64,000 nucleotides of DNA from an uncultured Verrucomicrobiae bacterium (GTDB lineage Bacteria; Verrucomicrobiota; Verrucomicrobiia; Chthoniobacterales; JAFAMB01). The stretch is from the NCBI GenBank assembly GCA_963762565.1, contig CAVXLD010000012.1, positions 96,001 to 160,000 of the forward strand, in the 5' to 3' direction. Each line of letters starts with the position of its first letter. The first letter of the stretch is position 1. The notes under the pieces were generated by a model, which saw nothing but the letters and a program-made list of their open reading frames with translations, had not been told where the DNA came from and ran no database searches. Of this stretch, positions 10,989 through 21,658 are shown in pieces. The position numbers and the translations under genes are program-made.

Positions 10989-11200
10989 AACCGCAGATTA
11001 ACGCAGATATACGCAGATAAGATGGTTCGCTCCGTTCGCGTCGGGGAACTTTGGCTAGTTTGGGACGCGAAACAGGGAGATCGCTCCTCGTTTTCGCTAG
11101 GAAAGGAACGTTAGTCATCCAGAAATCGAAGACCGGTACTTCCGAATGAACCTCAATCGGAGCTGATATTATCTGCGTCTATCTGCGTTCATCTGCGGTT
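10989..11200. repeat. Inverted-repeat element with decamer-periodic arms (family D)
   Basis: aaccgcagattaacgcagatatacgcagata...tatctgcgtctatctgcgttcatctgcggtt, 212 bp. Confidence 0.8.
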
Positions 11201-11248
11201 AGGGTTTTTCTTCGTGTTCTCTGTGACTCCGTGGTGAATATTTAAGAA

Positions 11249-11650
11249 ATGCCCCTTTTCGTTGAACAACGCGTCCTGGAACGGCTACATCGACTCGGGT
11301 TCAACGAGTCACAGTTTGCTGAGTTTTTCGCCCGATCAGGGGGACCTGGCGGTCAAAACGTCAATAAAGTATCGACGGCTGTGACCTTGCGGCACGTTCC
11401 CACCGGGCTATCCGTGACTGTCAGTGATTCTCGCTCACAGCACCAAAACCGGGCCATCGCTGCCCTTCGTTTGGTCGAATTGCTGGAACGTCGTGAAGCT
11501 GACGCCAGAAGCCGGCGAATCGCAGAGAAAGAAAAAGCACGCCGCCGACGCTCCCCGCGTCCACCAGCATTGAAGCGAAAGATACGGGAGATGAAAGAAA
11601 AGCGGTCGAGCACCAAAGAGCATCGGCGCGCGCCACGAAACTCGGAGTGA
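11249..11650 (+). CDS. ArfB-like ribosome-rescue peptidyl-tRNA hydrolase (RF-1 domain)
   Basis: [24 protein letters not shown] and a basic C-terminal tail. Confidence 0.85.
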   Translation: MPLFVEQRVLERLHRLGFNESQFAEFFARSGGPGGQNVNKVSTAVTLRHVPTGLSVTVSDSRSQHQNRAIAALRLVELLERREADARSRRIAEKEKARRRRSPRPPALKRKIREMKEKRSSTKEHRRAPRNSE

Positions 11651-11656
11651 CCGAGG

Positions 11657-11935
11657 ACTGGAGGGGAGCCGCTTTCACGCGTTGCAGACCTAACGGTAGG
11701 AGCGGAGGAACCAAACCCGGACACACCGGCAAGTCTGTTTAACGGGCGGCTCCCGGAAACGGCTCCTGGCAAGAATTCACCCGCGGCGTTGCTCGATTTA
11801 AGACGACGTTCGCTGTTGCCATATCAGGAGCCATTCCCGGGAGCCGCCTGTTGAACACCCTTGCCGCTCTGGTGCTCGTGGCCTGCTAAATCTGCACGCT
11901 CGATTCGGCACAGGCGAAAGCGGCTCCCCTCCAGT
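11657..11935. repeat. REPIN/MITE-like element, family C (terminal IR ACTGGAGGGGAGCCGCTTTC)
   Basis: 20-bp terminal IRs and an internal IR gcggctcccgg..cccgggagccgc; related copy at 42209-42415. Confidence 0.8.
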
Positions 11936-12095
11936 CTGCTAAATCTGCACGCTCGATTCGGCACAGGCGAAAGCGGCTCCCCTCCAGTCTGCTAAATCTG
12001 CGCGTTCGATTCGGCACAGGCGAAAGCGGCTCCCCTCCAGCCTGCAAAATTTATGGCGCTCGATTCGGAACGGGCGAAAGCGGCTCCCCTCCAGG
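11883..12095. repeat. 53-bp tandem repeat x4, overlapping the ribE 3' end
   Basis: Unit ctgctaaatctgcacgctcgattcggcacaggcgaaagcggctcccctccagt starts at 11883, 11936, 11989 and 12042 (last copy most diverged). Confidence 0.92.
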
Positions 12096-12680
12096 CACCG
12101 TCAACATTCGTTCTACGTATTTGGCGATCAGATCGAATTCCAGGTTCACATGGTCGCCCGGTTTTCGTTGATGCAGGTTCGTGACCTGCCATGTGTGGGG
12201 AATAATCCACAAGACAAAGCGATTAGGGTGTAGTTCGGCGATCGTGAGGCTGATACCGTCAACGGCAACCGACCCTTTGAACACCACGTACCGCGAAAAT
12301 TCTTCAGGAAGAGCGATTTCCACTCGGTGATCGCCTCCGACGGGTTGAATGGATTCGACCGGAGAGGTGGTGTCGATATGCCCCTGCACCACGTGTCCGT
12401 CGAACCGGCCATTCGCCTGCATTGGCCGCTCTAGATTGATTACATCCCCTCGCTTTAGATCTCCGAGATTGGTTCGCCGCAATGTTTCGCCCAGCAAATC
12501 GAATCGAATCTCGGATCCGTTCACGCTGGTGACCGTTAGGCAGCATCCGTTTAAGGCTAGGCTAGCTCCGACCTCTAAGTCGGCGGCCAGCTCAGTGCCT
12601 ATCACCAGCTGGGTACCCCCATTTGAAGTCGGTTCCGCGCGTTCGATGTGACCGGTGGTTTCTACAATTCCAGTGAACAC
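12051..12680 (-). CDS. ribE: Riboflavin synthase (alpha chain)
   Basis: MFTGIVE, NGCCLTV, INLER, GHVVQGHID, KGSVAVDGISLTI, VNLE. Confidence 0.95.
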   Translation of the reverse strand: MFTGIVETTGHIERAEPTSNGGTQLVIGTELAADLEVGASLALNGCCLTVTSVNGSEIRFDLLGETLRRTNLGDLKRGDVINLERPMQANGRFDGHVVQGHIDTTSPVESIQPVGGDHRVEIALPEEFSRYVVFKGSVAVDGISLTIAELHPNRFVLWIIPHTWQVTNLHQRKPGDHVNLEFDLIAKYVERMLTVPGGEPLSPVPNRAP

Positions 12681-12683
12681 GAG

Positions 12684-12870
12684 AGGTTCTAAGTTATCGG
12701 TTTTAAGTTTGAGGTTATAAGTTGAAGGTTGTGGCCTCCCTGGCGGTTCAAGGCTGGAAATTAGACGTTAAGGGCCGAACGTGCAAAATTGGCTATTTTC
12801 TGGATCAAGCATTGTCGATGAAGGCGCGAACTTCTAACGTTCAACTTATAACCTCTAACTTCTAACCCTT
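12684..12870. repeat. Inverted pair of heptamer arrays between divergent ribE and trxB
   Basis: aggttct/aagttat units at 12684-12730 and aacttct/aacctct units at 12829-12870. Confidence 0.8.
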
Positions 12871-12871
12871 A

Positions 12872-13810
12872 ATGGAACGTAACGGCTCCATCGAAAACGT
12901 CATCATCGTCGGCACGGGCTGCGCCGGATTGACCGCCGCAATCTACGCGGCCCGAGCAAACCTTTCTCCTCTTGTGCTGGAAGGTCGCGAGCCGGGCGGG
13001 CAACTCACCACGACCACTTTAGTCGAGAATTTTCCCGGATTTCCCGACGGAGTCGATGGCCCGCAATTGATTATGAACATGCACCGGCAAGCGGAAAAAT
13101 TCGGCGCCCGTTTCCTGTACGCTGAAGTCGACGAATTCGCACCCGGTACGGATCGTCACCGTCTCAAGATCGACGGTGAATGGTTGGAATCGAAGAGCGT
13201 GATTGTGGCCAGCGGCGCGTCCGCCAAGTGGCTTGGGTTGCCGAATGAGAAAGCGATGAAAGGTCACGGTCTGACTTCCTGCGCGACTTGCGACGGCGCA
13301 TTTTACCGGAACGTCCCGGTGTGTGTGGTCGGCGGGGGCGATACCGCCTGCGAGGAGGCTGTGTTTCTAACAAAATTCGCTTCTCAGGTTTATCTGATCC
13401 ATCGCCGGGATTCATTTCGTGCTTCGGCGATTCTGGCGGAGCGAACCCTGAATCATCCGAAGATAACACCGGTTTGGAATACGGTAATTACGGAGTACCT
13501 GGCAGACGAACGGGGCGAAATGCACGAGGTCAAACTCAAGAACCTCGAGACGAACCAGGAGTCAACGTTGGAGGTAAAGTGTGTCTTCATTGCGATCGGC
13601 CATACTCCAAATACCAGTGCATTTCGTGATTGGCTGCCAACGGACAAGAACGGCTATTTGATCAAGAAACTCGGGTCTAAGACCGAAATACCCGGGGTTT
13701 TCGCGGCCGGAGATGTGGTTGACCCCTACTATCGCCAGGCTGTCACCGCCGCCGGGCAAGGTTGTATGGCAGCGATGGACGCCGAGAAGTACCTGAGCGA
13801 GGATCATTAG
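12872..13810 (+). CDS. trxB: Thioredoxin reductase
   Basis: AGLTAAIYAARA, GGQL, CATCDG, GGGD, GVFAAGD. Confidence 0.96.
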   Translation: MERNGSIENVIIVGTGCAGLTAAIYAARANLSPLVLEGREPGGQLTTTTLVENFPGFPDGVDGPQLIMNMHRQAEKFGARFLYAEVDEFAPGTDRHRLKIDGEWLESKSVIVASGASAKWLGLPNEKAMKGHGLTSCATCDGAFYRNVPVCVVGGGDTACEEAVFLTKFASQVYLIHRRDSFRASAILAERTLNHPKITPVWNTVITEYLADERGEMHEVKLKNLETNQESTLEVKCVFIAIGHTPNTSAFRDWLPTDKNGYLIKKLGSKTEIPGVFAAGDVVDPYYRQAVTAAGQGCMAAMDAEKYLSEDH

Positions 13811-13970
13811 CCCGTAGCGAAAGCAGTCCATCACGGCGGCGATTCTCAATCGCCTTCGCCATTTCGAACGGGGCAAACTGGACCTTCGAAAATTTCTTCG
13901 CGGAAATTCTAGTTTTTCAATTATACCTCACAAGCTCCGAGATCCGAGGTTATCGGCCGTTTAGCGCCCC

Positions 13971-15125
13971 ATGAAGGTTTGCGATTTGACTCAATTTTAC
14001 TCCCCGTTCAGCGGCGGAGTGAAGCGCTACCTAGAAGAGAAGCGAAAATACGCGGTCGCCAACGGTCATCAGCACCTGCTCATTATCCCAGGCGACCAAA
14101 CCTCATGCTCGGAGGCGGAGAATAGTCGCACCTATTCCATTAAATCACCTCTCGTCTCTCGGACCTCCCGTTATCGAGCTCTATTGCACCTGGGCGCAGT
14201 GCAACAACTCCTACAGCAGGAACGACCGGATGTGATCGAGTCAAGCGACCCCTATCAGCTAGCCTGGAAAGCGATCGCTTCTGGACAAGCTCTGCGCATC
14301 CCCGTAGTCGGTTTCTATCACTCAAATTTCCCCGAAGCCTACTTCAGAACTACCTCAAAATTCTTAGGGGAAACAGCAACCGAGATTGTGATGGAGATGG
14401 CCAGAACTTACGTGCGCGCCCTGTACAACCATTTTCAGGCCACGTTCGTTCCCTCAGCCGCACTAGGTCAGGTATTAGGTCAATGGGGAGTCGAGAATGT
14501 GATCTTGGCCGAACTCGGCATCGACACTGATATTTTTCGACCAGGAAACGATCGAGACGCGACGCGAGCTCGGCTGGAGATCCCGGGCGACCGATTTCTG
14601 CTCCTTTACGTCGGGCGGCTCGCTTATGAAAAGAACGTTCGGACTCTGTTTGATGCTTTTGAGATCCTGAACACGGCGAACATGGGACGTTTTCATTTGC
14701 TGGTGGTTGGAGATGGCCATTTGCGAGATCAGCTTCGGGAACTTTCTAGAGGCACAAAAGCCGTGTCCTGGGTGCGGTACATCTCTGCCCAAAACGAGTT
14801 GGCGTCGGTCTACCGTGCTGCTGATCTGTTCGTACATCCTAGCGTACAAGAAACGTTCGGACTGGTAGCGCTCGAAGCGCAGGCGTGTGGCACTCCCGTA
14901 GTCGGCATCCGGGGAAGTTATATGGACCGAATTATTCTGAGCGATCAGACCCACTGGGCAGAAGAAAATTCTCCGGAGTCGCTGGCAGCCGCAATCCTCG
15001 AGTCAAAAAAGTTAGATCTGATGCAGATCGGCGAGGCCGCCAGTCAGCAAGTTGCCAAACGCTATTCTTGGCGTCGTGTTTTCCGCCAGATGTTTGATAT
15101 TTACGGGCGGCTGCGTGCCGGGTAG
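13971..15125 (+). CDS. Glycosyltransferase family 4
   Basis: SGGV, YVGRLAYEKN, ETFGLVALEAQACG. Confidence 0.9.
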   Translation: MKVCDLTQFYSPFSGGVKRYLEEKRKYAVANGHQHLLIIPGDQTSCSEAENSRTYSIKSPLVSRTSRYRALLHLGAVQQLLQQERPDVIESSDPYQLAWKAIASGQALRIPVVGFYHSNFPEAYFRTTSKFLGETATEIVMEMARTYVRALYNHFQATFVPSAALGQVLGQWGVENVILAELGIDTDIFRPGNDRDATRARLEIPGDRFLLLYVGRLAYEKNVRTLFDAFEILNTANMGRFHLLVVGDGHLRDQLRELSRGTKAVSWVRYISAQNELASVYRAADLFVHPSVQETFGLVALEAQACGTPVVGIRGSYMDRIILSDQTHWAEENSPESLAAAILESKKLDLMQIGEAASQQVAKRYSWRRVFRQMFDIYGRLRAG

Positions 15126-15348
15126 CGTTTGGCGTTTGGCGTTTGGCGTTCGGCGTTCGGCGTTCGGGCGTTTGGCGGCAGTCGCTCCGTGCCAACGTAA
15201 AAAAGCCGGTAGGCTGTAGCCCCAAGGGAGCAAAACTTTCCTTGCAGGCCATCTGCTTTAGAGAAGTATCAATGTGATGTCGCTCGCATCTTCGAACGCC
15301 GAACGCCAAACGCCGAATGCCGAACGCCAAACGTTGGACGCCGAACGT
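15125..15348. repeat. Inverted pair of GGCGTT(T/C) heptamer arrays
   Basis: gcgtttggcgtttggcgttcg at 15125-15177 and gaacgccgaacgccaaacgcc at 15294-15348. Confidence 0.85.
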
Positions 15349-16059
15349 TTCGCTGTGCGCTCGTATCAGCCGGGCGATCGCCAAGCGGTCCGCGATCTTT
15401 GCTGTCAAACGGGCTTCCTCGGCAAACCAATCGATCCGGTCTTCGAGGACCACGAGTTGTTTGCTGACTTCTTAACTGATTATTATCTTACCTGCGAGCC
15501 CGACTCGGCATTTATCGTTACCATCGATGATGTGGTCAAAGGGTACTTGCTGGGATGCCGATACCCACGCCGGCATCAGATCTTTACCATTCGCCAATCT
15601 GTCGCTCTCGGTGCTAAAGCGCTGTTCCGTCTGCCGCGCTACAAAGCACCATCGCGCCGCTACATTCAGTGGATTGCAATGAACGCGTGGCGCGAGGTGC
15701 CCAGGGCACCTCGAGATGTGGGGCATTTTCACATCAATTTTTTGTCGGAAATCAAGCGGATCGCCGTGTTTCGCGCGGTCCTAGAGCACTATCTCCGTTT
15801 TCTAGCCGATCACGACGTCAAACAGATAAGTGCGCAAATGGTCACCTTTGACGATCGCCGAACTCTTCACTTGTTCGAACGTTACGGGTTCCGGGTCCTG
15901 AATCGCTCAGGAATCTCTAAGTTTCGGCGGTTCACCTCCGAGCCCGTCTATTTGTCTACTATCATCAAAGATATCGTTGAAAAAGACGGCAGGGTTCTCT
16001 ACCAAGTGGCCCCGGGGAGCCACCGCCACAATTCTGGATCGCGAACGAGCGGAGATTGA
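15334..16059 (+). CDS. GNAT family N-acetyltransferase
   Basis: VRSYQPGD, GYLLG, HFHIN, FERYGF. Start uncertain (TTG 15334 or GTG/ATG 15274/15277) because the N-terminus overlaps the repeat. Confidence 0.75.
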   Translation: MDAERFAVRSYQPGDRQAVRDLCCQTGFLGKPIDPVFEDHELFADFLTDYYLTCEPDSAFIVTIDDVVKGYLLGCRYPRRHQIFTIRQSVALGAKALFRLPRYKAPSRRYIQWIAMNAWREVPRAPRDVGHFHINFLSEIKRIAVFRAVLEHYLRFLADHDVKQISAQMVTFDDRRTLHLFERYGFRVLNRSGISKFRRFTSEPVYLSTIIKDIVEKDGRVLYQVAPGSHRHNSGSRTSGD

Positions 16060-16103
16060 GTCGGGCCGCAGGTGCTACTCAGACTTGACTCACTCAAATC
16101 TGG

Positions 16104-16727
16104 TCACCGGGACATTGGCGCGGTCGCGACCACTTTATCGACCAGGCCGTACGCCTTCGCCTCTTCGGCTGAAAGCCAGAAGTCGCGATCCATATCCACT
16201 AAAACCTCTGCCTCGTTCCTGCCGGTATGAAACGCGTAAATCCGGCTAAGGCGCCGCTTTTCTTTCAGAAGTTGTTCTACGGACCTTTCCATGTCGCTGG
16301 CTGAGCCTTGGGCGCCGCCAGACGGCTGATGAATCATGATATCGCAATTCGGTAACGCGTATCTCTTGCCCTTGGTCCCGGCGGCTAACAAGAACGATCC
16401 CATGCTAGCCGCCATACCCAGACAATAGGTGGCTACGTCGCAACTCAGGAACTGCATCGTGTCATAAATGGCTAGGCCAGCCGTAACCGATCCTCCGGGT
16501 GAATTGATGTAGAGACTGACGTCCTGATCCGCACCTTGAGTCTGTAAGAAGAGCAACTGCGCGACTACTAGGTTCGCCACAATGTCATCTATTTCCGTGC
16601 CGAGGAAGATGATCCGATCTTTTAGAAGACGGCTGTAGATATCGTACCCTCGCTCTCCCGAGCCGGTATCTTCGACGACCATCGGAACAAGCACCGGGCT
16701 AGCGGGTTCTTCACCTTCGTCTCTCAT
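16104..16727 (-). CDS. clpP: ATP-dependent Clp protease proteolytic subunit
   Basis: [27 protein letters not shown] (Ser), MIHQP (His), DRD (Asp). Start moved to ATG 16727. Confidence 0.93.
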   Translation of the reverse strand: MRDEGEEPASPVLVPMVVEDTGSGERGYDIYSRLLKDRIIFLGTEIDDIVANLVVAQLLFLQTQGADQDVSLYINSPGGSVTAGLAIYDTMQFLSCDVATYCLGMAASMGSFLLAAGTKGKRYALPNCDIMIHQPSGGAQGSASDMERSVEQLLKEKRRLSRIYAFHTGRNEAEVLVDMDRDFWLSAEEAKAYGLVDKVVATAPMSR

Positions 16728-16893
16728 GGCAGCAACTCTCCGACACAACACTTGGTTTTCAAGCAGGTGATTTTGGGGAGTGACGTGTAGCAACAACTTG
16801 AAACCCGACCCATCTGGGCAAAAATGCTCTTCACGTGGCGACCGAAACTCAATCGATCGCCAAGCTAAACTGCGCAACCCCACCCCATCACCG

Positions 16894-18528
16894 ATGCCAT
16901 CGACGGTAAAGAAGGTTGATGTTGTCTCCATCGTGATAGTCTTGGTTGGCGTCATCTTGGGTATCGCCCAGCGTAAGAACCTGCCAGCTGTGCCGCTTTG
17001 GACTCCTGACACCTGGGGTCACTTGAACCCGGCATTGTCCTGGCTCGGAGGTGACGGATTTCAGCAAACCCAAGGCCGTGACTGGCTCTATCCGGCGATT
17101 CTTGCCACAACCATCAGGTTCGGAGAAGGATTCAGCTCGATCGTCCGGCTCCAGCAATGCCTCAGTTTGCTCGCGGCACCATTGTTGTGGTTCGGTGTAA
17201 GGCTCTGGCTGTCGATCTTTCCGCGGCGATCCGTTCTCTACCATAGTGTTGCCGTTCTGCTCGGGGCCGTGGCTGCATTCGTGTACGTCTTAGGGACAGA
17301 TCAGATTCAGCTCGAGTTGACGATCGGCCCCGAAGGGCTCCTCGCCTTTTTCATCATAGTCCATTTCATCTGCTTTTTGGCTTATTTCAGAGGGCGATGG
17401 ATTACTCGCCAGCCCTCGTCGGCGATCGTTTTCGGCGGGGGAATGCTGCTCTCTTGCTACACGCTCATTCTGTTGAAGCCCAGTTGGAGCTTAGCGGTTG
17501 TCCCTGTTTTCTGCGTACTAGTTGCCGGCATGTTCGGATCTGGCTCTGGCACGATGCGGTTCGCGCCTGCTGCGGTCGGTCTACTTCTACTTGGAGCGGA
17601 ATACGCCTCGCCACATCTTCTTCAATTCAAACCAGATTTGGGTTCAAGGACGCTCTTGCCCTTCAATTTGATAGAAATACATGCCGGCCAGATTGTGGAG
17701 AACGCCAAGCGACATCACCTCTTGGAGGGCAACGAAAAGAGATCGGATAATACCGAAACTCGTTTTTACCCGGCATTGGAGCAAGCCTGGGAGGAGGCAC
17801 GAATTCAGCCTTTTCGCGTCCACACGTTGGGTTTCGACCCCGATTACATCCAGTATCATTGGAAGCTGTTTTCTGCATTTCAATCAGAACAGAAATTGAC
17901 TGACGACGAATTAATCAAGCTCTGTTACCATGCCTACTTCCGTGTCTGGCGAGAGTCCCCGGGCATCATGGTCGCTAAAATTGCAGGGCAGTTTTATCTT
18001 TTTCTGACTGCCCCCAGTAAGGATTTCTCGGCTCACGCATTAAGCAGGAGCCGCTTTCGGCAGAACGCAGCCGCATTGGGTCCTTCTATCAAGGAGTCAC
18101 TGGCAGAGGTTACATCCCGCGGATATACCGACGAGCCCGCTTACGCTCGTTATCTAGATGCCCTGCAGACAGTCTACGCGGAAGGGTTGCAGATAAATCG
18201 GGTAGCCTTCCAGCGCCACTTAGCTATCGCGTTCGCCAAACTCTCACTTTGGATTCAGGCAGCATTTTTCGCAGCACTCTTCTGCGTTATATGCGATAGA
18301 CGGTTCTGCGATCTGAGGCTCTCGGGATACGCCGCCGCTCTGGTAACTGCAGGGCTGTACGGAAACGTGCTCACGATTAGCATTGTGCACACTTTGGAGG
18401 TGGAGCGGTATCGAACTAGTTACGCTCCCGCCTTGCTGCTAACGCTGGTCATCATGACTGGGTTTCTAATCGGCTTTTGTGAACAGCTTTTCCAGCACTT
18501 AAAATTGAAAGTAAATAAACGGCCGTAA
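16894..18528 (+). CDS. Polytopic membrane protein, possible GT-C-type glycosyltransferase
   Basis: TPD..RDWLYP..Q..PEG..KP..ERY motif order, multiple TM helices and a large loop. Confidence 0.6.
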   Translation: MPSTVKKVDVVSIVIVLVGVILGIAQRKNLPAVPLWTPDTWGHLNPALSWLGGDGFQQTQGRDWLYPAILATTIRFGEGFSSIVRLQQCLSLLAAPLLWFGVRLWLSIFPRRSVLYHSVAVLLGAVAAFVYVLGTDQIQLELTIGPEGLLAFFIIVHFICFLAYFRGRWITRQPSSAIVFGGGMLLSCYTLILLKPSWSLAVVPVFCVLVAGMFGSGSGTMRFAPAAVGLLLLGAEYASPHLLQFKPDLGSRTLLPFNLIEIHAGQIVENAKRHHLLEGNEKRSDNTETRFYPALEQAWEEARIQPFRVHTLGFDPDYIQYHWKLFSAFQSEQKLTDDELIKLCYHAYFRVWRESPGIMVAKIAGQFYLFLTAPSKDFSAHALSRSRFRQNAAALGPSIKESLAEVTSRGYTDEPAYARYLDALQTVYAEGLQINRVAFQRHLAIAFAKLSLWIQAAFFAALFCVICDRRFCDLRLSGYAAALVTAGLYGNVLTISIVHTLEVERYRTSYAPALLLTLVIMTGFLIGFCEQLFQHLKLKVNKRP

Positions 18529-19947
18529 CCCAGTCTTTGCCAGCAACGCGACGGACAGTGTCGCCAGCACGAGAATAGAAAACGCCAATACGGGACTGAG
18601 GGCCGGCTTTTCGCGCCAGACGCGAAGTGAGCGAACCATGAACGTATCGCACACGATCGGCAATATCAGCAGCAGCCATGGGATCGCACCAGCTTGCTGC
18701 TGAAGAGGAGCGCTGGTGCTTCTGATAGAGAAAATACCGGCCACAAAATTCAGCGTGTCCTGAAAGTTGGATGCACGAAACGGGATCCAAAGCAGAAAAA
18801 CGATTATTTGGGTAACTACCCAACCAAACACCAGACCCGTGCTTAGCGAGAATTCACCATGCTGTTTTCGGTCCGAGGATCGTCCTCCGCGGACCAGTTT
18901 CTCCGCACACAGAACCGCGCCGTGCATACTGCCCCACATAACGAAGTTCCAGCTGGCTCCGTGCCAGAGCCCGCCCAACAACATGGTGCACATTAAATTG
19001 CGCAATTGCTTTAACAGGGACCCGCGGTTGCCACCGAGAGGAATATAAAGGTAGTCGCGCAACCAAGTGGACAGAGAGATATGCCATCGGTGCCAGAAGT
19101 TGGTTAGGCTGGTCGCACAGTACGGGAAATTAAAATTGTCAGGTAAGCGATAGCCGAAGAGCCGGGATACCCCGATGGCGATCAAAGAATAACCGTTAAA
19201 GTCGAAATAGATTTGGCAGTAGAACCCTAAGGCGCCCGCCAACAAGTAAATCCAGGAGAATTGCGCTGGCGCTTGAAACACCGCATCAACGAATGGGGCG
19301 ATCGCGTCAGCAAACACGACCTTATACAAGAAGCCCATTCCCACGGACTGCAGCGCCACGAAGAGATCCTCTCCGTCGAACGTTCTCTTCTTCTCTAACT
19401 GCGGTAGAAAGACGGTGGCCCGGACGATCGGCCCGGCAACGAGCTGGGGAAAGAACGCGATGTACAAAGCCACATCAAACAACGAAACCCTTCGATCCAC
19501 AGTTCCGCGGAAAGTATCTACCGCCAGCGTGATGGCGTGGAACGTATAGAAGCTGATCCCAATCGGGAGGATTACTCGGAAGAGAAGGTTCGATGAGACA
19601 ACGTGTACTCCTATGCCTTGGAGAGCCAGTATCAGGTTATCTTCAAAGAAATTGAAGTACTTGAAAAAGCCTAGGACCGCGAGTTCAACTCCGAGGCAGC
19701 ACCACAGATAGATTAAGGCGCGGCGCCGGTTTCCTTTTCTTCGCTCGAACAAAACTAAGCGGGCGCCGAAGAAGACGGATAGAATGACAAAGCTCAGTAG
19801 CCCCAGGAAACGCCAATCCCACCATGCATAAAAAACAAAGCTAGCTCCGACTAACAACAGCTTCCGCAGAAAGTTCGATGGCAGAAGCCAATAGGTAGGC
19901 AACACCAACAGCAGAAAACAGAGGAAGGATCCAGAGTTGAACAGCAT
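18499..19947 (-). CDS. MBOAT family O-acyltransferase (AlgI/DltB/PatA-like)
   Basis: MLFNS, LPIGISFYTF, FFPQLVAGPI, FWHRWHISLSTWLRDYLYIPLGG, GLWHGA, FIYFQF. Confidence 0.95.
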   Translation of the reverse strand: MLFNSGSFLCFLLLVLPTYWLLPSNFLRKLLLVGASFVFYAWWDWRFLGLLSFVILSVFFGARLVLFERRKGNRRRALIYLWCCLGVELAVLGFFKYFNFFEDNLILALQGIGVHVVSSNLLFRVILPIGISFYTFHAITLAVDTFRGTVDRRVSLFDVALYIAFFPQLVAGPIVRATVFLPQLEKKRTFDGEDLFVALQSVGMGFLYKVVFADAIAPFVDAVFQAPAQFSWIYLLAGALGFYCQIYFDFNGYSLIAIGVSRLFGYRLPDNFNFPYCATSLTNFWHRWHISLSTWLRDYLYIPLGGNRGSLLKQLRNLMCTMLLGGLWHGASWNFVMWGSMHGAVLCAEKLVRGGRSSDRKQHGEFSLSTGLVFGWVVTQIIVFLLWIPFRASNFQDTLNFVAGIFSIRSTSAPLQQQAGAIPWLLLILPIVCDTFMVRSLRVWREKPALSPVLAFSILVLATLSVALLAKTGLRPFIYFQF

Positions 19948-21080
19948 TAGAAACTCTTCGATTGAATCTGTTCAACCAGGTATTCGGCAAATGCATCGGA
20001 GTAAATTTCTGCACCCGGTTGCTGCAGGTGAAGCTGATCGTACCAGAGGGCCGGCGAATTAAGTTCCTCCATCAGCGGCGTTCCTTGGCCGTCAAAAAAC
20101 AGGGCGTGGCTTACTTGGAGCCGCTTCCAAACATTGTAATCCGCGTTCGCTTTCGACCAGCTGGGAAAACCGAAATAGCACTCAGACGTCTGCAAGCCCC
20201 CAAGCAATTTGCGGAAGTCACTGTCCCTTTTCCTCTGCCAGGCCAGGTTCTTTTTGAACGACGATATGAGCCGCTGATCTAACACTGAGTCCTGGACAGA
20301 CGAGAGAGAGCCCTGCGGCGCGAAATCAGGGCTCTGGACCACATTCGGGACGTACGGATTCGTTGCTGCCGGCGGGGGTAGTTCCTGCATCCTAGGTACA
20401 TAACCAACGTGGAAAAGATTAAATAGCCCGCACCCAACAAGCTCCGTGAGAACCGTATGTTCCCGGACCCATTCTATCGGGTGATATTTGAGGGCCAGCC
20501 AAGAGAAAACCATGGGAAGGTTGGCCGGAGTAAGATACCGGAGGGATCGACCGGTGGTCCCGTTTCTCAGGAAATTGTTCACAGGGTTTCGATCGTACCC
20601 AAGCTCAACTTCGTGACAGAGGACTAGCTTTGCCCGGCGAAGAGCATCAAGCTGGTCCGGTCGCAAAGCGTCGACGAACTCCTTTAGAAACTCGTATCTT
20701 TCAGCGTGGTTCGCGCCGGCGGCAGAGAGTTGAATCACCACTGCGGGAATACCGTGTTGAACGAGCACAGTCTGCACGCGTTCGCCGTCAAACCCGTTCC
20801 AGGTCAGACTGCTTCCTTCAACGACGAAAACGTACTTGATTCCCGTCAATGCTTGCTTGTCCAGCTTCCGCGTCGCCTGTAAGACCAAACCGGGAGCGGG
20901 CGAATCCGGGTAGGATTTCGGCAGCGGCATCGACAGATTGACGACGACGAGCCAAAGCCCGAGCGGTATCAGCAGGCTATACCAACGCGGCATTCGCCCG
21001 GGCGACACCCGGATTGCGGCTAACGCAATCAACAAGACGCATCCGACCAGCGGCGACATCATTGGTACAATCCTGGACAA
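19947..21080 (-). CDS. SGNH-like periplasmic protein (AlgJ/DltD-like partner of the MBOAT)
   Basis: N-terminal TM, EGSS and C-terminal DQLH (DxxH); stop overlaps the MBOAT start. Confidence 0.6.
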   Translation of the reverse strand: MSRIVPMMSPLVGCVLLIALAAIRVSPGRMPRWYSLLIPLGLWLVVVNLSMPLPKSYPDSPAPGLVLQATRKLDKQALTGIKYVFVVEGSSLTWNGFDGERVQTVLVQHGIPAVVIQLSAAGANHAERYEFLKEFVDALRPDQLDALRRAKLVLCHEVELGYDRNPVNNFLRNGTTGRSLRYLTPANLPMVFSWLALKYHPIEWVREHTVLTELVGCGLFNLFHVGYVPRMQELPPPAATNPYVPNVVQSPDFAPQGSLSSVQDSVLDQRLISSFKKNLAWQRKRDSDFRKLLGGLQTSECYFGFPSWSKANADYNVWKRLQVSHALFFDGQGTPLMEELNSPALWYDQLHLQQPGAEIYSDAFAEYLVEQIQSKSF

Positions 21081-21458
21081 TGGCGAGCCGGGTCAAACTG
21101 CATGCGATATGGATTAGCAGGAAGCAAAGCGCGAGCAAGTAAGAGCTAGCCCCTCGGCCAGCATTTGCTCAAACGGGGAACGTGCACTCACAAGGCGCTT
21201 CGTTCTCGTCCTCGTCGTCCTTCCGACTTCGCCAACGCCTGGTTGTGGAGCGCGCCTCGCTTGCGAGGCCGACTTCGAGCGGTTGGCAACATAGAGCATA
21301 GGCTTCGTCGGACAGGCTGTCCTCGAATCCGGCCACGCGGAGTAATGGAGTGCGGGAGTGTTGGAGTACTGCGCAAAGTCCGAAAAGCACCCGCGTAGCG
21401 GGTTGGAGATACCGAAGGAGCATCATCTTTATAGAACGCCACCTCGCGCTGCCGCCAA

Positions 21459-21608
21459 TGCGTCAACATGACGCAGGCCTCACCCGCCGTGTTTCGCTGT
21501 TGTGACAGCTTGACGCATCGCCAAAGGAGCTACGCAACATCAAATCGGCGCACGTCATTGACTATCAATCACTTATAACTATCGAATGCCATTGGCACGC
21601 CTCAAGCT
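21459..21608 (+). promoter_or_regulatory. Sigma-54 promoter with two upstream activator sites and an IHF site
   Basis: TGCGTCA-aca-TGACGCA 21459-21475; TGTGACA-gct-TGACGCA 21501-21517; TATCAA-tcac-TTA 21563-21575; TGGCACG-cctc-AAGCT 21593-21608 (GG-N10-GC). Confidence 0.75.
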
Positions 21609-21658
21609 CCTCCTCTACAGCGTAAGAAATGAAGGTTTTCCAAAGGAGGTTTAAACCC

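Noticed and set aside
11883..12095. Possible CRISPR array
   Set aside because: Units are near-identical along their full length with no unique spacers, no cas genes are present, and the unit derives from a family C element end.
16728..17012. Long N-terminal extension of ClpP (and similar extensions on RibD, MarR, PdhB, Qor and DUF4340 in the ORF track)
   Set aside because: These come from upstream alternative start codons running through repeats, promoters or neighbouring genes.
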